Positions 32,501 through 41,897 of a DNA stretch of 64,000 nucleotides are shown one piece after another. Each line of letters starts with the position of its first letter. Positions within the stretch are counted from its first letter, which is position 1. The position numbers were made by a program, and so were the translations under genes. The notes under the pieces are model-generated. The model did no database searches and was not told the origin of the DNA. It saw only the letters and a list, made by a program, of their open reading frames with translations. The stretch is from sequence record PQ863255.1; one strand, given 5' to 3'. Source of the stretch: Escherichia phage Ptacy1532.

Positions 32501-32524
32501 GAAAAAAGCCACCCGGAGGTGGCT
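32501..32524 (-). terminator. rho-independent terminator (minus strand)
   Basis: On minus strand AGCCACC-TCCG-GGTGGCT perfect 7-bp stem followed by TTTTTTCG. Confidence 0.6.
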
Positions 32525-32546
32525 AAGCTATAACAAGGAGAGTTAT

Positions 32547-32960
32547 TTATATGAATTTCTGCATACCTTTGATACGAGGGTTATCATCACCAACTCTCGA
32601 TTTACAGTAAGCGATAAAAGATTCAGTATTGAGGTTATCCTTTTGAGAACCCCACTGGAGATTGTCTGCTCTATTGTTGCTCGGATTATCATCCAGATGC
32701 ATAACAACAGCGTTAGGAAAAGGTTTCTCACCATGAAAAGTCTCACACACTAAGATATGAATCCTTTTCTTAAACTTTCTTTTCCTGTTTACAAACACCA
32801 TTCTTCCATCTTTCTCTCTATATCCGCTATATGGTTTTCCTACGAAAAGCCTAACTCCACCATTATTCGTTATGGCTGTGAAAGGCTTAATCTTAACTCT
32901 ACCAAAAGATGATACGGAAAGGAAATCATAATAGGGGTGATCTTTCCAGACTTCTTCCAC
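32547..32960 (-). CDS. HNH homing endonuclease
   Basis: 137 aa; HILVCETFHG...HLDDNPSNNRADNLQWGSQKDN matches HNH_3-type motif. Confidence 0.7.
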   Translation of the reverse strand: MEEVWKDHPYYDFLSVSSFGRVKIKPFTAITNNGGVRLFVGKPYSGYREKDGRMVFVNRKRKFKKRIHILVCETFHGEKPFPNAVVMHLDDNPSNNRADNLQWGSQKDNLNTESFIAYCKSRVGDDNPRIKGMQKFI

Positions 32961-32969
32961 TATCTATCC

Positions 32970-33716
32970 TCAAAATGGGCTATCGTTGTCGTCTTCGTAA
33001 GTAGAAGCAGGCTCTTTATCAATCGTAGGGATTGAAGGAGTAGCTTCTTTCTGTTCTGTTTCAGAAGCACGAGTAATTTCACGACCAGCCAGAGGCATGT
33101 TCTTAGCGTCATTAGCTTGAGTAAGCAGGTTGCGCTGGAACGGGAACATCAGTTGATAGGATGCTACGTTCTCATCGGTTTCAGCATACGGTTCGAAGAA
33201 TACCAGAGGACTACGAGCTTCACCAACTGCTGCACGATATTTGGTTGGGATTGGAGAAATGGTCTTGATGGAGTTTTTAACTTCACCAGCTTTGTTAGTG
33301 TAAGAGTTAACCAGAATGTTAACAGGCTGGCCTAACAGAACATCCTTGAACCAAGACAGATCACCTTTCAGTGCTTGAATACTTGGGTCAATCATCTTGC
33401 AAAGATCAAGAATACCAGAGTTCTTAGCTCGTGGGTTTACATCATAGCTCTTGAACTGGCAAGCCGGACGTGGTTCTAATGCCTTACCATCGGAATCTTT
33501 ACCAGTAGCATCAACACCAATCAGCTCGAAAGCTAAATCCATACGGAAAGCTGGATTCTTAGGAGTTACTGCTTTGGTCTTCGGGTCAATCCAAGGGTCA
33601 CGATTGTGAACACCCAAACCTACTACACGAACGATACGTGCTTCGTACTCACCATCAGGGATTACATCGTAGTTGGATTTACGGGAAGCAGTTGCGATAG
33701 TTGGAATCATAGACAT
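32970..33716 (-). CDS. single-stranded DNA-binding protein (T7 gp2.5-like, putative)
   Basis: 248 aa; acidic C-terminal tail ending EDDNDSPF as in SSB proteins; located in T7-like replication module; AAGGAA SD. Confidence 0.45.
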   Translation of the reverse strand: MSMIPTIATASRKSNYDVIPDGEYEARIVRVVGLGVHNRDPWIDPKTKAVTPKNPAFRMDLAFELIGVDATGKDSDGKALEPRPACQFKSYDVNPRAKNSGILDLCKMIDPSIQALKGDLSWFKDVLLGQPVNILVNSYTNKAGEVKNSIKTISPIPTKYRAAVGEARSPLVFFEPYAETDENVASYQLMFPFQRNLLTQANDAKNMPLAGREITRASETEQKEATPSIPTIDKEPASTYEDDNDSPF

Positions 33717-34132
33717 ATTTTAATTTCCTTATTTAATTTGAAAGATTGTTGCTCTCTTTGAGCGGTTATGTATAGTATACATTACGCTTATACCGATAAG
33801 AGTACTATATAATATAAGTATCTTTGGTAGTAGATATAACACACTAGTAATGTATATATTGTATAGCTGATAAAGTTATTGCAGGCTTGTATATTGGGCA
33901 ATTCACAGAATCCCTTGCAAGTACCGAAGGGCAGGAGCCACCTGCGAGATAAAAATAGAGAATTAAGGAATCCTTGATTTAGGTTGTAGGGACTCCTAGG
34001 GACTTTGATTCTCTATTTAAAAGAATATTAATTACTTATTACCTAAATAATTAACTAACTTACTTAAACCAAATTCAAGAATAATAGATAAAAAGATTAT
34101 TCCTAAGAAAGCTAAAAAGTAAAGGATATAAG
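33717..34132. promoter_or_regulatory. AT-rich intergenic region with promoter-like motifs, palindromes and direct repeats
   Basis: 416 bp non-coding; TAATGTATA on both strands (33848-33856 plus, 33776-33784 minus); palindromes GTATAC, AGTACT, CTTGCAAG; hairpin GCAGG-AGCCA-CCTGC; TAGGGACT direct repeat. Confidence 0.4.
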
Positions 34133-34297
34133 TTACCATTCAAGTAAACCTTTAAAGTTAGTTTGTTCTACTATCCTCTGATAACGAAGATTAGAATCAG
34201 CTTGTTTCTTTAACATCTCATTATATTGATCTCTGATAGAGTCTTTATATACTACAGGTTCTTTAAATAATGAGATCTTGTTCTTTTCTTCTTTCAT
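34133..34297 (-). CDS. hypothetical small protein
   Basis: ORF track 34133..34381; internal ATG at 34297 has AGGAAGG SD and limits overlap with the phosphoesterase gene. Confidence 0.3.
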   Translation of the reverse strand: MKEEKNKISLFKEPVVYKDSIRDQYNEMLKKQADSNLRYQRIVEQTNFKGLLEW

Positions 34298-34766
34298 CAA
34301 AGACCTTCCTAATCTCTTGCAGAGAAACAGCTTTATAGTTAATTTGCTCCATTGATGTACAGAAATATCTCCAATCATCAATTACATGGTTATGAGTATG
34401 AGCATAAATATTAAACTTCCCTCTCATCTCGTCAGTGTGAATAGGAATATGAGTTACCCAAAACTCTTTATATTTATAATCACCAGAGATTCTACGGAAT
34501 ACTTTCATCATATCGGGGAGAAGTTCTAACCTGTCATGGTTCCCCAAGACCAGATGCTTCTCTCCTTTTACTTCAGCGATGATATCAAGGGCATACTTTT
34601 CAAACACCCAATCACCGGTAAAGAAGATTTTATCACGCTTAGTTACATGATCAAATGCAGCTAGGATTGCTTTGTCATGCTCTTCAATGTTTTTAAATTG
34701 CTTACGAAAACTACAGATGTTGCGATGACCTAAGTGACCATCTCCTGCAAAATAAACTTCAGCCAT
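34263..34766 (-). CDS. metallophosphoesterase (calcineurin-like phosphatase)
   Basis: 167 aa; GDGHLGH, TGDWV, GNHD and HTH motifs in canonical order. Confidence 0.7.
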   Translation of the reverse strand: MAEVYFAGDGHLGHRNICSFRKQFKNIEEHDKAILAAFDHVTKRDKIFFTGDWVFEKYALDIIAEVKGEKHLVLGNHDRLELLPDMMKVFRRISGDYKYKEFWVTHIPIHTDEMRGKFNIYAHTHNHVIDDWRYFCTSMEQINYKAVSLQEIRKVFDERRKEQDLII

Positions 34767-34775
34767 AAAGACCTC

Positions 34776-34991
34776 TTAGATAGTGCACCCGTCACAAGTT
34801 AAATCGCCTAGAAGGGATAGAGAAAGTAATCTGGATTGCTCATCACTGTATAGTTGATCAATCTCTTCTTTAAGTTTTGCCAACTCCATGAAATTGATAA
34901 GTTGACCATGTTCAAGACAGTCTGTTTTTAGTATAAACAAAACTTCAGCGTCTGTTGAATCTTCACTTGAATATTTATCAATGTATTCCAT
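34776..34991 (-). CDS. hypothetical protein (71 aa)
   Basis: ORF in operon. Confidence 0.4.
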   Translation of the reverse strand: MEYIDKYSSEDSTDAEVLFILKTDCLEHGQLINFMELAKLKEEIDQLYSDEQSRLLSLSLLGDLTCDGCTI

Positions 34992-35146
34992 TTTTACTCC
35001 TATTAATTATGACCAAGATTTAGCTTTCACTTCGACGTATGTTTTAACTTCACCTTTCAAAACTTCCTGAGAAGCATTTGCACTTTCCTCAGAGTGATGT
35101 ACAACGGTGATCTCTTTCTTTCCAATCTTATAAGTGTGAATCCAAA

Positions 35147-35347
35147 TCATACTTCTTCCTTATATTCCCAATTTCTTTCATAATATCCAGAGTTATAGTT
35201 TAGGGCGCACTTCTCGGCCTCTTCTATGTCGTCAGTGTTTAGGATATTTACCCATCCTCCAACTTCATCAAAACCTTCCTCTACTTCGTTAAACCATACA
35301 CTATATTTCTTCATCGAGAAGTTCTTCCCCAATCTTTTACATAGCAT
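35147..35347 (-). CDS. hypothetical protein (66 aa)
   Basis: ORF in operon. Confidence 0.4.
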   Translation of the reverse strand: MLCKRLGKNFSMKKYSVWFNEVEEGFDEVGGWVNILNTDDIEEAEKCALNYNSGYYERNWEYKEEV

Positions 35348-35483
35348 CGACCGTTAACCCACTTCGTCTCTGACTTAAATTCTTGAGACAATCTCACTTC
35401 ACAGTCTTCTCTACTGGCATCCCCTCCGATATCAATCAGATATAGGAACAGAGCTATACCTAAAGCCCAAAGAGTTATCTTCT

Positions 35484-35894
35484 TCATCGAATCACCAAAG
35501 GCTCCTCAGAGTACACAGGAGCGGCTATTTCTACAGGAGGTGCTGCCCTAAGGTCGTTAAGTCTTACACCCTTCAGCATCCCATCTAGGTGGTCCTTTTG
35601 GGGGATTCCAACAGGGAAGTCGTCAATCCAGATATCTACAAAGAAACCTAGCTGCCGACATACCTCATCCTTCTGTACACCATTGCAAAAGATGATAGGA
35701 ATCTGCAAACACTCTGCATCAATCTTAATGTCGTGATTGTCATACCCATTAGGCTCTGCAAAGCGATAAGTTACAAAACGTACATCATAACCTTTAGCTT
35801 GCATTAATGCCACCACAGAGCGCCACAGCTTTTTATCTGAGGTGTAAGTGTCATCATAATCTAAACCAATATTCATGTCAAATCCTTTAGACAA
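35484..35894 (-). CDS. HAD-like phosphatase (possible nucleotidase)
   Basis: 136 aa; N-terminal IGLDYDDT resembles HAD motif I; VDIWIDDFP resembles HAD motif IV. Confidence 0.4.
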   Translation of the reverse strand: MSKGFDMNIGLDYDDTYTSDKKLWRSVVALMQAKGYDVRFVTYRFAEPNGYDNHDIKIDAECLQIPIIFCNGVQKDEVCRQLGFFVDIWIDDFPVGIPQKDHLDGMLKGVRLNDLRAAPPVEIAAPVYSEEPLVIR

Positions 35895-35898
35895 GAAA

Positions 35899-35925
35899 AG
35901 CCGCCCGAAGGCAGCTTCTTATTTA
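35899..35925 (-). terminator. rho-independent terminator (minus strand)
   Basis: On minus strand AGCTGCC-TTCG-GGCGGCT stem with one U-G pair followed by TTTTCTTG; the plus-strand version has a C-A mismatch. Confidence 0.5.
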
Positions 35926-36278
35926 ACTGTTCACTTTAGCTTCAAGTGTTTCGTTTTCAATACTCAAGTCAATCACTACACCAGTAAGCTCAACGACTGC
36001 TTGGCGAAGGGCATCTTTACCCATAGAGTGTACTTGAGATAAGAAGAAAGCTTTACCTTCTTCAGTGGATAGGGTTTCTTTCAGTTCAGTTGCAGTCATT
36101 CTTTTCCTCTCTCTCTTTCCATAGTTCAGCCAGTTCTAAATAATATTGTGCTTCATCAGCACGTCCTTGTTCACTACAGATGGCGCTTTGACGATAACAC
36201 CAATCCGATGGCATCTCTTCCACTTCAATCTCCTTGTTACGAACCAATCAATAAGAATAGTTCATTCGTCTTATTTGT

Positions 36279-36515
36279 TCACTCTGCCAATGCAGGTATC
36301 TCTAATCTCTTAATTGTGAATGCTTTGTCTGGAAACTTTCGAACTAGCTCCGCTGCTTTGCTAATTGCTAAGTTCTCTGTTTCAAAGATACAGAATTGAC
36401 CATTCAGCGCGGTAATAGTGGAGCCACCACTGAAGATGGCCCAAGATTTATAATAACCACGAACGCTCATAACCCACCTTAGTGCGTATGCATCCAGTTT
36501 AGTCCAATCTGACAA
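36279..36515 (-). CDS. hypothetical protein (78 aa)
   Basis: ORF overlapping the 3' end of the polymerase gene in another frame. Confidence 0.35.
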   Translation of the reverse strand: MSDWTKLDAYALRWVMSVRGYYKSWAIFSGGSTITALNGQFCIFETENLAISKAAELVRKFPDKAFTIKRLEIPALAE

Positions 36516-38323
36516 TCAGAAGCCAGAGGACATTCCATGTTCAAATATTCACCCGCTTTCTTAACACAAAGCTCAGTGTGTTCTTTGAGTTTCTGTACAT
36601 CATTACGATTCACTGAGAATTGGCCCTCATCGTGCATATCAATTACCTTAGCACAACGAACCCTATCCCTCTCAATCCACTTGTTTAGGAACATCATAGC
36701 ATATTTCATAACAACAGCACCAGCACATTGCAGGAGAGTGTTAAGTGCTTTATGAACCATAACCTTACCAGTGGCATCTCGTCTCATTGTAATCTTACGA
36801 CCATCAACACCAATCAAGTATCCTTGAGCAGCTTTCTCTGTCATACGATCAATGAGGATTGCAATACATGGGTTCTCTGCCAAGAAACGTGCTCGCATCA
36901 CTGAACCTTCGTCAGCCCCACCACCTACAATTGAACCAAGCTTAGCGTCTCCAGCACCGTAGTTGAATGCATAGATAAACGTTTTAGCATTGTCACGAGT
37001 AGGAAGACCAGCAAGTTTCTGGTTGTGGGAGTGGATATCGCCTTCAAGGAGGATATCACGATACATAATAGCAGAAGCTAAACCACGTTCTGCCAGAGCT
37101 TTCTTAGCTGGATTGTTTTCTTCTATTGCTTCAGCAAGCATATCCCTACACTCTTTAATGAGGTAGTGAGCGAGCATACGAAGCTCAAGTCCAGAACCAT
37201 CATACCCTAAGAATACTTCTTTACCAGCGGGTATGTAATATTTGTAAGCACCTACAGGTTTGTCTTTCTTCCCCGGCTTACCTTTCTCGTAAATTACGTT
37301 AGTACCTTTTCGTATATAACAACCATCAGGAACAACGTTAGTAATAACGAAAGGACGAGAATGATCACTGTCTGAGTTATAGTCAGACTCAAACAGACTG
37401 CGACACTCGTGACCAAACAGACCACGGGAGGGAATATTAACCACGATACGATGTTTGAATCGAAAAGTCGGAGTAGCGCAGCTGTTAGCTTCTGCCGAAA
37501 GTTTACCATCTTCGCGTTCCTTTGCTATGAGTCCACTGATAAGACCTAGCCTGTGAGCCGCTACAACGCGTCTCTTAAGCAAACTTCCGACACTCCCTAG
37601 CTCACCCCCTAGCCCCTCTTCAAGAGTCTCCTCGAGGTTTGTAGGAGCTGTAGGCCACTTGTTTGATGTGGCTAGTGCTTTCTTAATCTCATCAAACGTT
37701 ACAGGATTACGACGATTAGGGTTCAATCCCAAACCAAATACGTAAGCCTTCATATAGTTCTTAGTCTTAAACCTGAAATGCTTTTCTAAGAACTTCTTAA
37801 TATCAGCGTCAACCATCTCGGCTGTCTGCTTCTGTTTAGTATTGCCTCGCATCCAAGCAGTGTACCATGCTTGATACGTTCCATACTTTCTCATATCTTT
37901 CTTAATTTCGAAAGTATTCCAAGGCTTCTTAGATACATTAAACTCTGGAGGAAGAAAGCCCTCATCCATAAGAGCTTCTTTAACTCGAGCATCTTTCGAT
38001 GGGTCAAAGTCTACGTATTCAACACAGGTGAAAGCTCCACCAATATCTTCTCTTTTCAGCCCAACCCTATCACAATAGGCTTGAGGCCACTTCTGTAAAG
38101 CTCCAGACTTCTTAAACGGCTTCATATAAGTAGAGCCGTCTAATCTCATCTTAGGTAAGAGAGGAATCAACTCTCTGTCAATATTAACAATAATCTCTTT
38201 AAGGAGGTGAACATACCACCGAGCATTTCTTCGGTTGAAACTCACTCCGTGCTTTGCTTGCTTAGAGATTATATCAGCGACAGTCATCTCTGTCAAAAAT
38301 GGAAGAGCGTCCGGGTTGCTCAC
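36479..38323 (-). CDS. DNA polymerase, family A polymerase domain (T7 gp5-like), lacks exonuclease domain
   Basis: 614 aa; motif A YDGSGLELRMLAHYL, motif B PTRDNAKTFIYAFNYGAGDAKLG, motif C VIDMHDEGQF; no Exo motifs. Confidence 0.8.
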   Translation of the reverse strand: MSNPDALPFLTEMTVADIISKQAKHGVSFNRRNARWYVHLLKEIIVNIDRELIPLLPKMRLDGSTYMKPFKKSGALQKWPQAYCDRVGLKREDIGGAFTCVEYVDFDPSKDARVKEALMDEGFLPPEFNVSKKPWNTFEIKKDMRKYGTYQAWYTAWMRGNTKQKQTAEMVDADIKKFLEKHFRFKTKNYMKAYVFGLGLNPNRRNPVTFDEIKKALATSNKWPTAPTNLEETLEEGLGGELGSVGSLLKRRVVAAHRLGLISGLIAKEREDGKLSAEANSCATPTFRFKHRIVVNIPSRGLFGHECRSLFESDYNSDSDHSRPFVITNVVPDGCYIRKGTNVIYEKGKPGKKDKPVGAYKYYIPAGKEVFLGYDGSGLELRMLAHYLIKECRDMLAEAIEENNPAKKALAERGLASAIMYRDILLEGDIHSHNQKLAGLPTRDNAKTFIYAFNYGAGDAKLGSIVGGGADEGSVMRARFLAENPCIAILIDRMTEKAAQGYLIGVDGRKITMRRDATGKVMVHKALNTLLQCAGAVVMKYAMMFLNKWIERDRVRCAKVIDMHDEGQFSVNRNDVQKLKEHTELCVKKAGEYLNMECPLASDCQIGLNWMHTH

Positions 38324-38339
38324 TTTATACTCCTTTAAA

Positions 38340-38762
38340 TTATTGGTAAAGTAAATCTGTAAATGCTTGGTTATCTTCTACCACACCTAACATGGTAGCT
38401 TCATCACTATAAGCTCTAACCGACCCATTGACAACTGTCCAAGGAGGGGGCGGAGGAGGTGTATGTGTAGCTCTGGCTTCACGAGGTTGTTCTCGTACCA
38501 GATGAGCCACAACTCTCTGATTAGCAACCTCTTCCCTTTCTCGAATAGCTCTTTGAATGTAAGCCAGCTTCATACCCCAAGCTTCTTCAAATTCTTGAGG
38601 GTGCTTATCGCTGATAACCACATACTGACGTTCAGGAATACCAGAGCGAATCTCTGATAATAATTCATGGAACAGGTCCAGTTCGTGCTCAGTGAGATTC
38701 ATTTCAATATCATCCCACTTGAGAACTAGGAAACGGTTTTGGTGTCTAGCTGGTAATGGCAT
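38340..38762 (-). CDS. hypothetical protein (140 aa)
   Basis: ORF with PPPPPP tract. Confidence 0.45.
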   Translation of the reverse strand: MPLPARHQNRFLVLKWDDIEMNLTEHELDLFHELLSEIRSGIPERQYVVISDKHPQEFEEAWGMKLAYIQRAIREREEVANQRVVAHLVREQPREARATHTPPPPPPWTVVNGSVRAYSDEATMLGVVEDNQAFTDLLYQ

Positions 38763-38925
38763 CCTACTCCACCTCTACTTCAATGTAAGTTCTCTCTCCA
38801 ACATCGTCTTTTAAGACCCATGACTTGGCATCTTCTTCCGACTTAAAAGCTTTCACAACGCTGTATCCGCCTTCCCATTCATCACCGAACCAGCGCTGTC
38901 CTACGTAAATGTATTCTTTCATCAC

Positions 38926-39210
38926 TCAACCTTTCGGGAATGGCATTAAAAATTCTACAGCAGATTTGATTTCGTTATTGATTCGTGAATCACGGTAAGA
39001 GATAAACTTACCTTTGCTGTCACGTAACATCACATGGGTTCTGGCTGTTTTGTGAGGAAGCAAAGTGATACTGGTTGGTATAGTATCAATTCCTACAGAG
39101 CATGAATTGATAGTCTTACTCTCTACTAGCAGATAAGACCAAGTACGCGGTTTCTGCTCCGGACGGTTGGGGTATGTGTCTCGAATCTGTACCATAGCTA
39201 ATTTATTCAT
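38926..39210 (-). CDS. hypothetical protein, paralog A
   Basis: 94 aa; shares ...GKFISY...N.E...AVE.L.PFPKG C-terminal pattern with the adjacent gene. Confidence 0.45.
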   Translation of the reverse strand: MNKLAMVQIRDTYPNRPEQKPRTWSYLLVESKTINSCSVGIDTIPTSITLLPHKTARTHVMLRDSKGKFISYRDSRINNEIKSAVEFLMPFPKG

Positions 39211-39211
39211 A

Positions 39212-39466
39212 TTAAACCCCTTTAGGGAATGGGATGAGATTTTCTACTGCAACACGGAAAGATTTTTCTACGTTCTTATTCTTATAAGAGATAAATTTTC
39301 CATCAGCCCCGCGAAGGAGCACGTTAGTGCGAGCTGTATTTGGGTTTTGTTGAATCATAGAACGAATGATGTTCTCTGAACCTCTATGCTTATTGGTGAA
39401 TTTCCAACTGATAGTTTTACCGGTACGAGTTACATCAATGATATTTACGATTTTTACAATAGACAT
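39212..39466 (-). CDS. hypothetical protein, paralog B
   Basis: 84 aa; tandem paralog of 38926..39210. Confidence 0.45.
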   Translation of the reverse strand: MSIVKIVNIIDVTRTGKTISWKFTNKHRGSENIIRSMIQQNPNTARTNVLLRGADGKFISYKNKNVEKSFRVAVENLIPFPKGV

Positions 39467-39535
39467 AGTTATTACCTAAGAAGTTTAGTTTGGTTTATAT
39501 AAAAGAAAAGGCCACCTGATTAGGCAGCCTTTGTT

Positions 39536-39829
39536 CTAGAGACGAAGCCAAGTTTGATAGTCAGCTTCAGTGTAATGGTTGTTCCGAGAGTTGTTTTTCA
39601 TCTCCTTGAGGGTAGCTCTTAGGTCGATGTTATGCTCTCTCCTTGTTCTATTCGGGTCTGTATCTTCTAATAGATGGGAGTGATCACTACAAGAGTAGTG
39701 CTTATAGTGGTCCCTGTACCCCCTATTTGGAGAATACTTGGTCATTAAAGTTGCAACTCTTTTTACACCCTCTGCTTTACAGAATTTACAGTAAGTGTGA
39801 ATTGTACATCTTTTTGTTTCTGCTGACAC
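39536..39829 (-). CDS. Cys/His-rich small protein
   Basis: 97 aa with CTIHTYCKFCK and further C/H residues; possible zinc-binding. Confidence 0.4.
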   Translation of the reverse strand: MSAETKRCTIHTYCKFCKAEGVKRVATLMTKYSPNRGYRDHYKHYSCSDHSHLLEDTDPNRTRREHNIDLRATLKEMKNNSRNNHYTEADYQTWLRL

Positions 39830-39839
39830 TATAACCTCT

Positions 39840-40154
39840 TTATGAGCTTAAAGCTCCTTTGCGTGCTCCAGCTGCTTTTCCAGCTCGATCACCACTTTTG
39901 CCGCCGTTTGAACGGTTTGAGCTGACTGATTCAACACGTAAATTGCTTGACGCATTAGAACCTCCAGACTTGACAGCTCGTTTGTGTCCAACATCTTTAC
40001 CTCTGACAGCAGCTTTTCCATCGCGCTTTTCAACGATGCGACGTGCACGGTGGCGCTGAGCATCTCCGCTCTTGCTCCCAACGCCTGTCTCACCACGGGC
40101 AATTGCGGTACGTCTTTCTTGTGCATAATCTCTCTTTCCTACATGGTCTGCCAT
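39840..40154 (-). CDS. highly basic Gly/Ser/Arg/Lys-rich protein
   Basis: 104 aa; strong TAAGGAG SD 6 nt upstream; TAATGTATA motif 36 nt upstream; an alternative overlapping frame (39848..40126) has weaker RBS. Confidence 0.4.
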   Translation of the reverse strand: MADHVGKRDYAQERRTAIARGETGVGSKSGDAQRHRARRIVEKRDGKAAVRGKDVGHKRAVKSGGSNASSNLRVESVSSNRSNGGKSGDRAGKAAGARKGALSS

Positions 40155-40190
40155 TTAGAACTCCTTAATATATCAGTGTACACTAAGGAG

Positions 40191-40199
40191 TATACATTA
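40191..40199 (-). promoter_or_regulatory. TAATGTATA motif, candidate phage promoter element
   Basis: Exact 9-mer on minus strand upstream of gene 39840..40154. Confidence 0.4.
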
Positions 40200-40208
40200 T
40201 AGATGATG

Positions 40209-40376
40209 TTAAAACTCTGCTAAGTACTTAATATCAGAGGCATATACCTCATCAAAGGAAATAACTTCCCCGTTGTAAAGAAGCTCTATTTTCAGTATAC
40301 CAGAGCATTTGGTGTCTTTAGAGTCAACTCTGATAGAGAGTTTATCAACTATATGAGCTTTAATCTCTTCTATCAT
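40209..40376 (-). CDS. hypothetical small protein
   Basis: ORF track 40209..40457; shortened to internal Met to avoid overlap. Confidence 0.3.
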   Translation of the reverse strand: MIEEIKAHIVDKLSIRVDSKDTKCSGILKIELLYNGEVISFDEVYASDIKYLAEF

Positions 40377-40389
40377 TAACTCTTGAGTA

Positions 40390-40575
40390 TTACTCACTCC
40401 ACCCTCCCGGTGGTACAAAATCATCAGGAACGTCAATGATAGTAGGTTCTCCATCATTCATGCAGGTGTCTTCATTGAACTCTTCACACTCAAAACATGC
40501 TCGTTCGATATTTTTGTAGAAGTCGATGGTTGCTGAACCATCACCACAATCTCGGATAACTAAAGCGACTTTCAT
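40390..40575 (-). CDS. hypothetical small Cys-containing protein
   Basis: 61-aa ORF, 4-nt overlap with phoH stop. Confidence 0.4.
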   Translation of the reverse strand: MKVALVIRDCGDGSATIDFYKNIERACFECEEFNEDTCMNDGEPTIIDVPDDFVPPGGWSE

Positions 40576-41315
40576 TTATCTTGTTCCTTTTCCATAGCTT
40601 TAACAATGGCTTTACAGAAACCAGAACGAACAATGTCATCTGACTCACCGTCTACAATCTCAGCAAACTCATACAGATCATGTTCATCAATAAAGTTAGT
40701 AGCCCAAGTCAGGCCACTCTCACGACCACGCATATCATGCTGGTTTGTATCACCCATGCAAAACAGCTGAGAGGTTTCTCCCAATCGAGTCATGATGGAG
40801 AAGGCTTCATCCTTAGTTGTGTTCTGGAACTCATCTACGATAACAATAGCATCATTGAAAGAACGACCACGGAGGTATTCCAGAGGTACGAACTCGATGT
40901 TGCTATTACCAAGTTGGCATTCATAGAACCCCTTACCATATCGCTGAGTAATAACATCAATGATAGGCATCAGGTAAGGTTCAAACTTCTCACGCATTCC
41001 TCCCGGAAGTAACCCAAGAGAATTGCCCATGCCAACCGAAGGACGACTCAGAATGATCTTCTGAATCTTACCACTCTTCAGTGCATCGATAACCGTGGAA
41101 GTGATTACAAAGGTCTTACCACAGCCCGCAGGAGCGTCTGTGAACACAACTTGTTTAGTCTTAATAGCATTGAGTAGCTCAGACTGAAACTGGTTCTGAG
41201 GGACTACAGGCTTTGCTAAAACCACCTCTTCATACTCTCGCTTACCTTTACGAGTAACAAGTGCTTCCCGACGAAGGTCTTTCCGTGATTCTTTCCGTGA
41301 TTGACGACGACTCAT
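40572..41315 (-). CDS. phoH: PhoH-like ATPase
   Basis: 247 aa; Walker A APAGCGKTF and PhoH-like core. Confidence 0.8.
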   Translation of the reverse strand: MSRRQSRKESRKDLRREALVTRKGKREYEEVVLAKPVVPQNQFQSELLNAIKTKQVVFTDAPAGCGKTFVITSTVIDALKSGKIQKIILSRPSVGMGNSLGLLPGGMREKFEPYLMPIIDVITQRYGKGFYECQLGNSNIEFVPLEYLRGRSFNDAIVIVDEFQNTTKDEAFSIMTRLGETSQLFCMGDTNQHDMRGRESGLTWATNFIDEHDLYEFAEIVDGESDDIVRSGFCKAIVKAMEKEQDK

Positions 41316-41509
41316 TTACGCTCTCCAATTTCTTCGTAATGACACTCAGTAGTTAAGCAGTCTTTACAGATTGCTGTATAAACCCTGACGTTAGTAAATC
41401 GTTTGTTCTTCCCTTTGGTTGGAGAGCCTTTGGCAAGCTCTCTGATAACCTTGTTACTTAAATGAAGGTTTGTTCCTTCACATCTAGAGCACTTCACCAC
41501 AATGTCCAT
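41312..41509 (-). CDS. small zinc-ribbon-like protein
   Basis: 65 aa; CSRC...CKDC Cys pairs. Confidence 0.4.
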   Translation of the reverse strand: MDIVVKCSRCEGTNLHLSNKVIRELAKGSPTKGKNKRFTNVRVYTAICKDCLTTECHYEEIGERK

Positions 41510-41694
41510 TCAGTAAGAGACCACAGGGAGTCACCTATGTGGGCATTGTCATTCCTGATGAGGTCTTTGATTTTATCAACATCAGTTAAGTGAGTCACAT
41601 TCAAAATATCCTCAACATCCGGGGTATATTTAAATATGGCAATAATACTGTTGTGATCTTCAGCATATCTTTCTAGAACATAAACTACACTCAT
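41494..41694 (-). CDS. hypothetical protein (66 aa)
   Basis: ORF in operon. Confidence 0.4.
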   Translation of the reverse strand: MSVVYVLERYAEDHNSIIAIFKYTPDVEDILNVTHLTDVDKIKDLIRNDNAHIGDSLWSLTEWTLW

Positions 41695-41897
41695 AAGGCA
41701 TCAACCTCTCTCAGATACCACCATTTAAACTCAACACCTTTACGACCACCACCATTCATAACCCAACGCATCATCTCATCAGGTATTCCAAAAGGTTTAA
41801 GTTTCGCATAGTTAGGTTTTTCTAAGAACACAGCTTCAAAATACTCACCATCTTGATCATACTGGTTGATTGCTCTTGTTAGTACCCATACTTTCAT
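41691..41897 (-). CDS. hypothetical protein
   Basis: ORF track 41691..42008; shortened to internal Met MKVWVL to resolve overlap with upstream gene. Confidence 0.35.
   Translation of the reverse strand: MKVWVLTRAINQYDQDGEYFEAVFLEKPNYAKLKPFGIPDEMMRWVMNGGGRKGVEFKWWYLREVDAL

Noticed and set aside
39848-40126. Alternative 92-aa helical ORF overlapping the basic-protein gene
   Set aside because: Weaker RBS than the overlapping frame, which has TAAGGAG and a promoter motif; kept as an open question rather than called as a gene.
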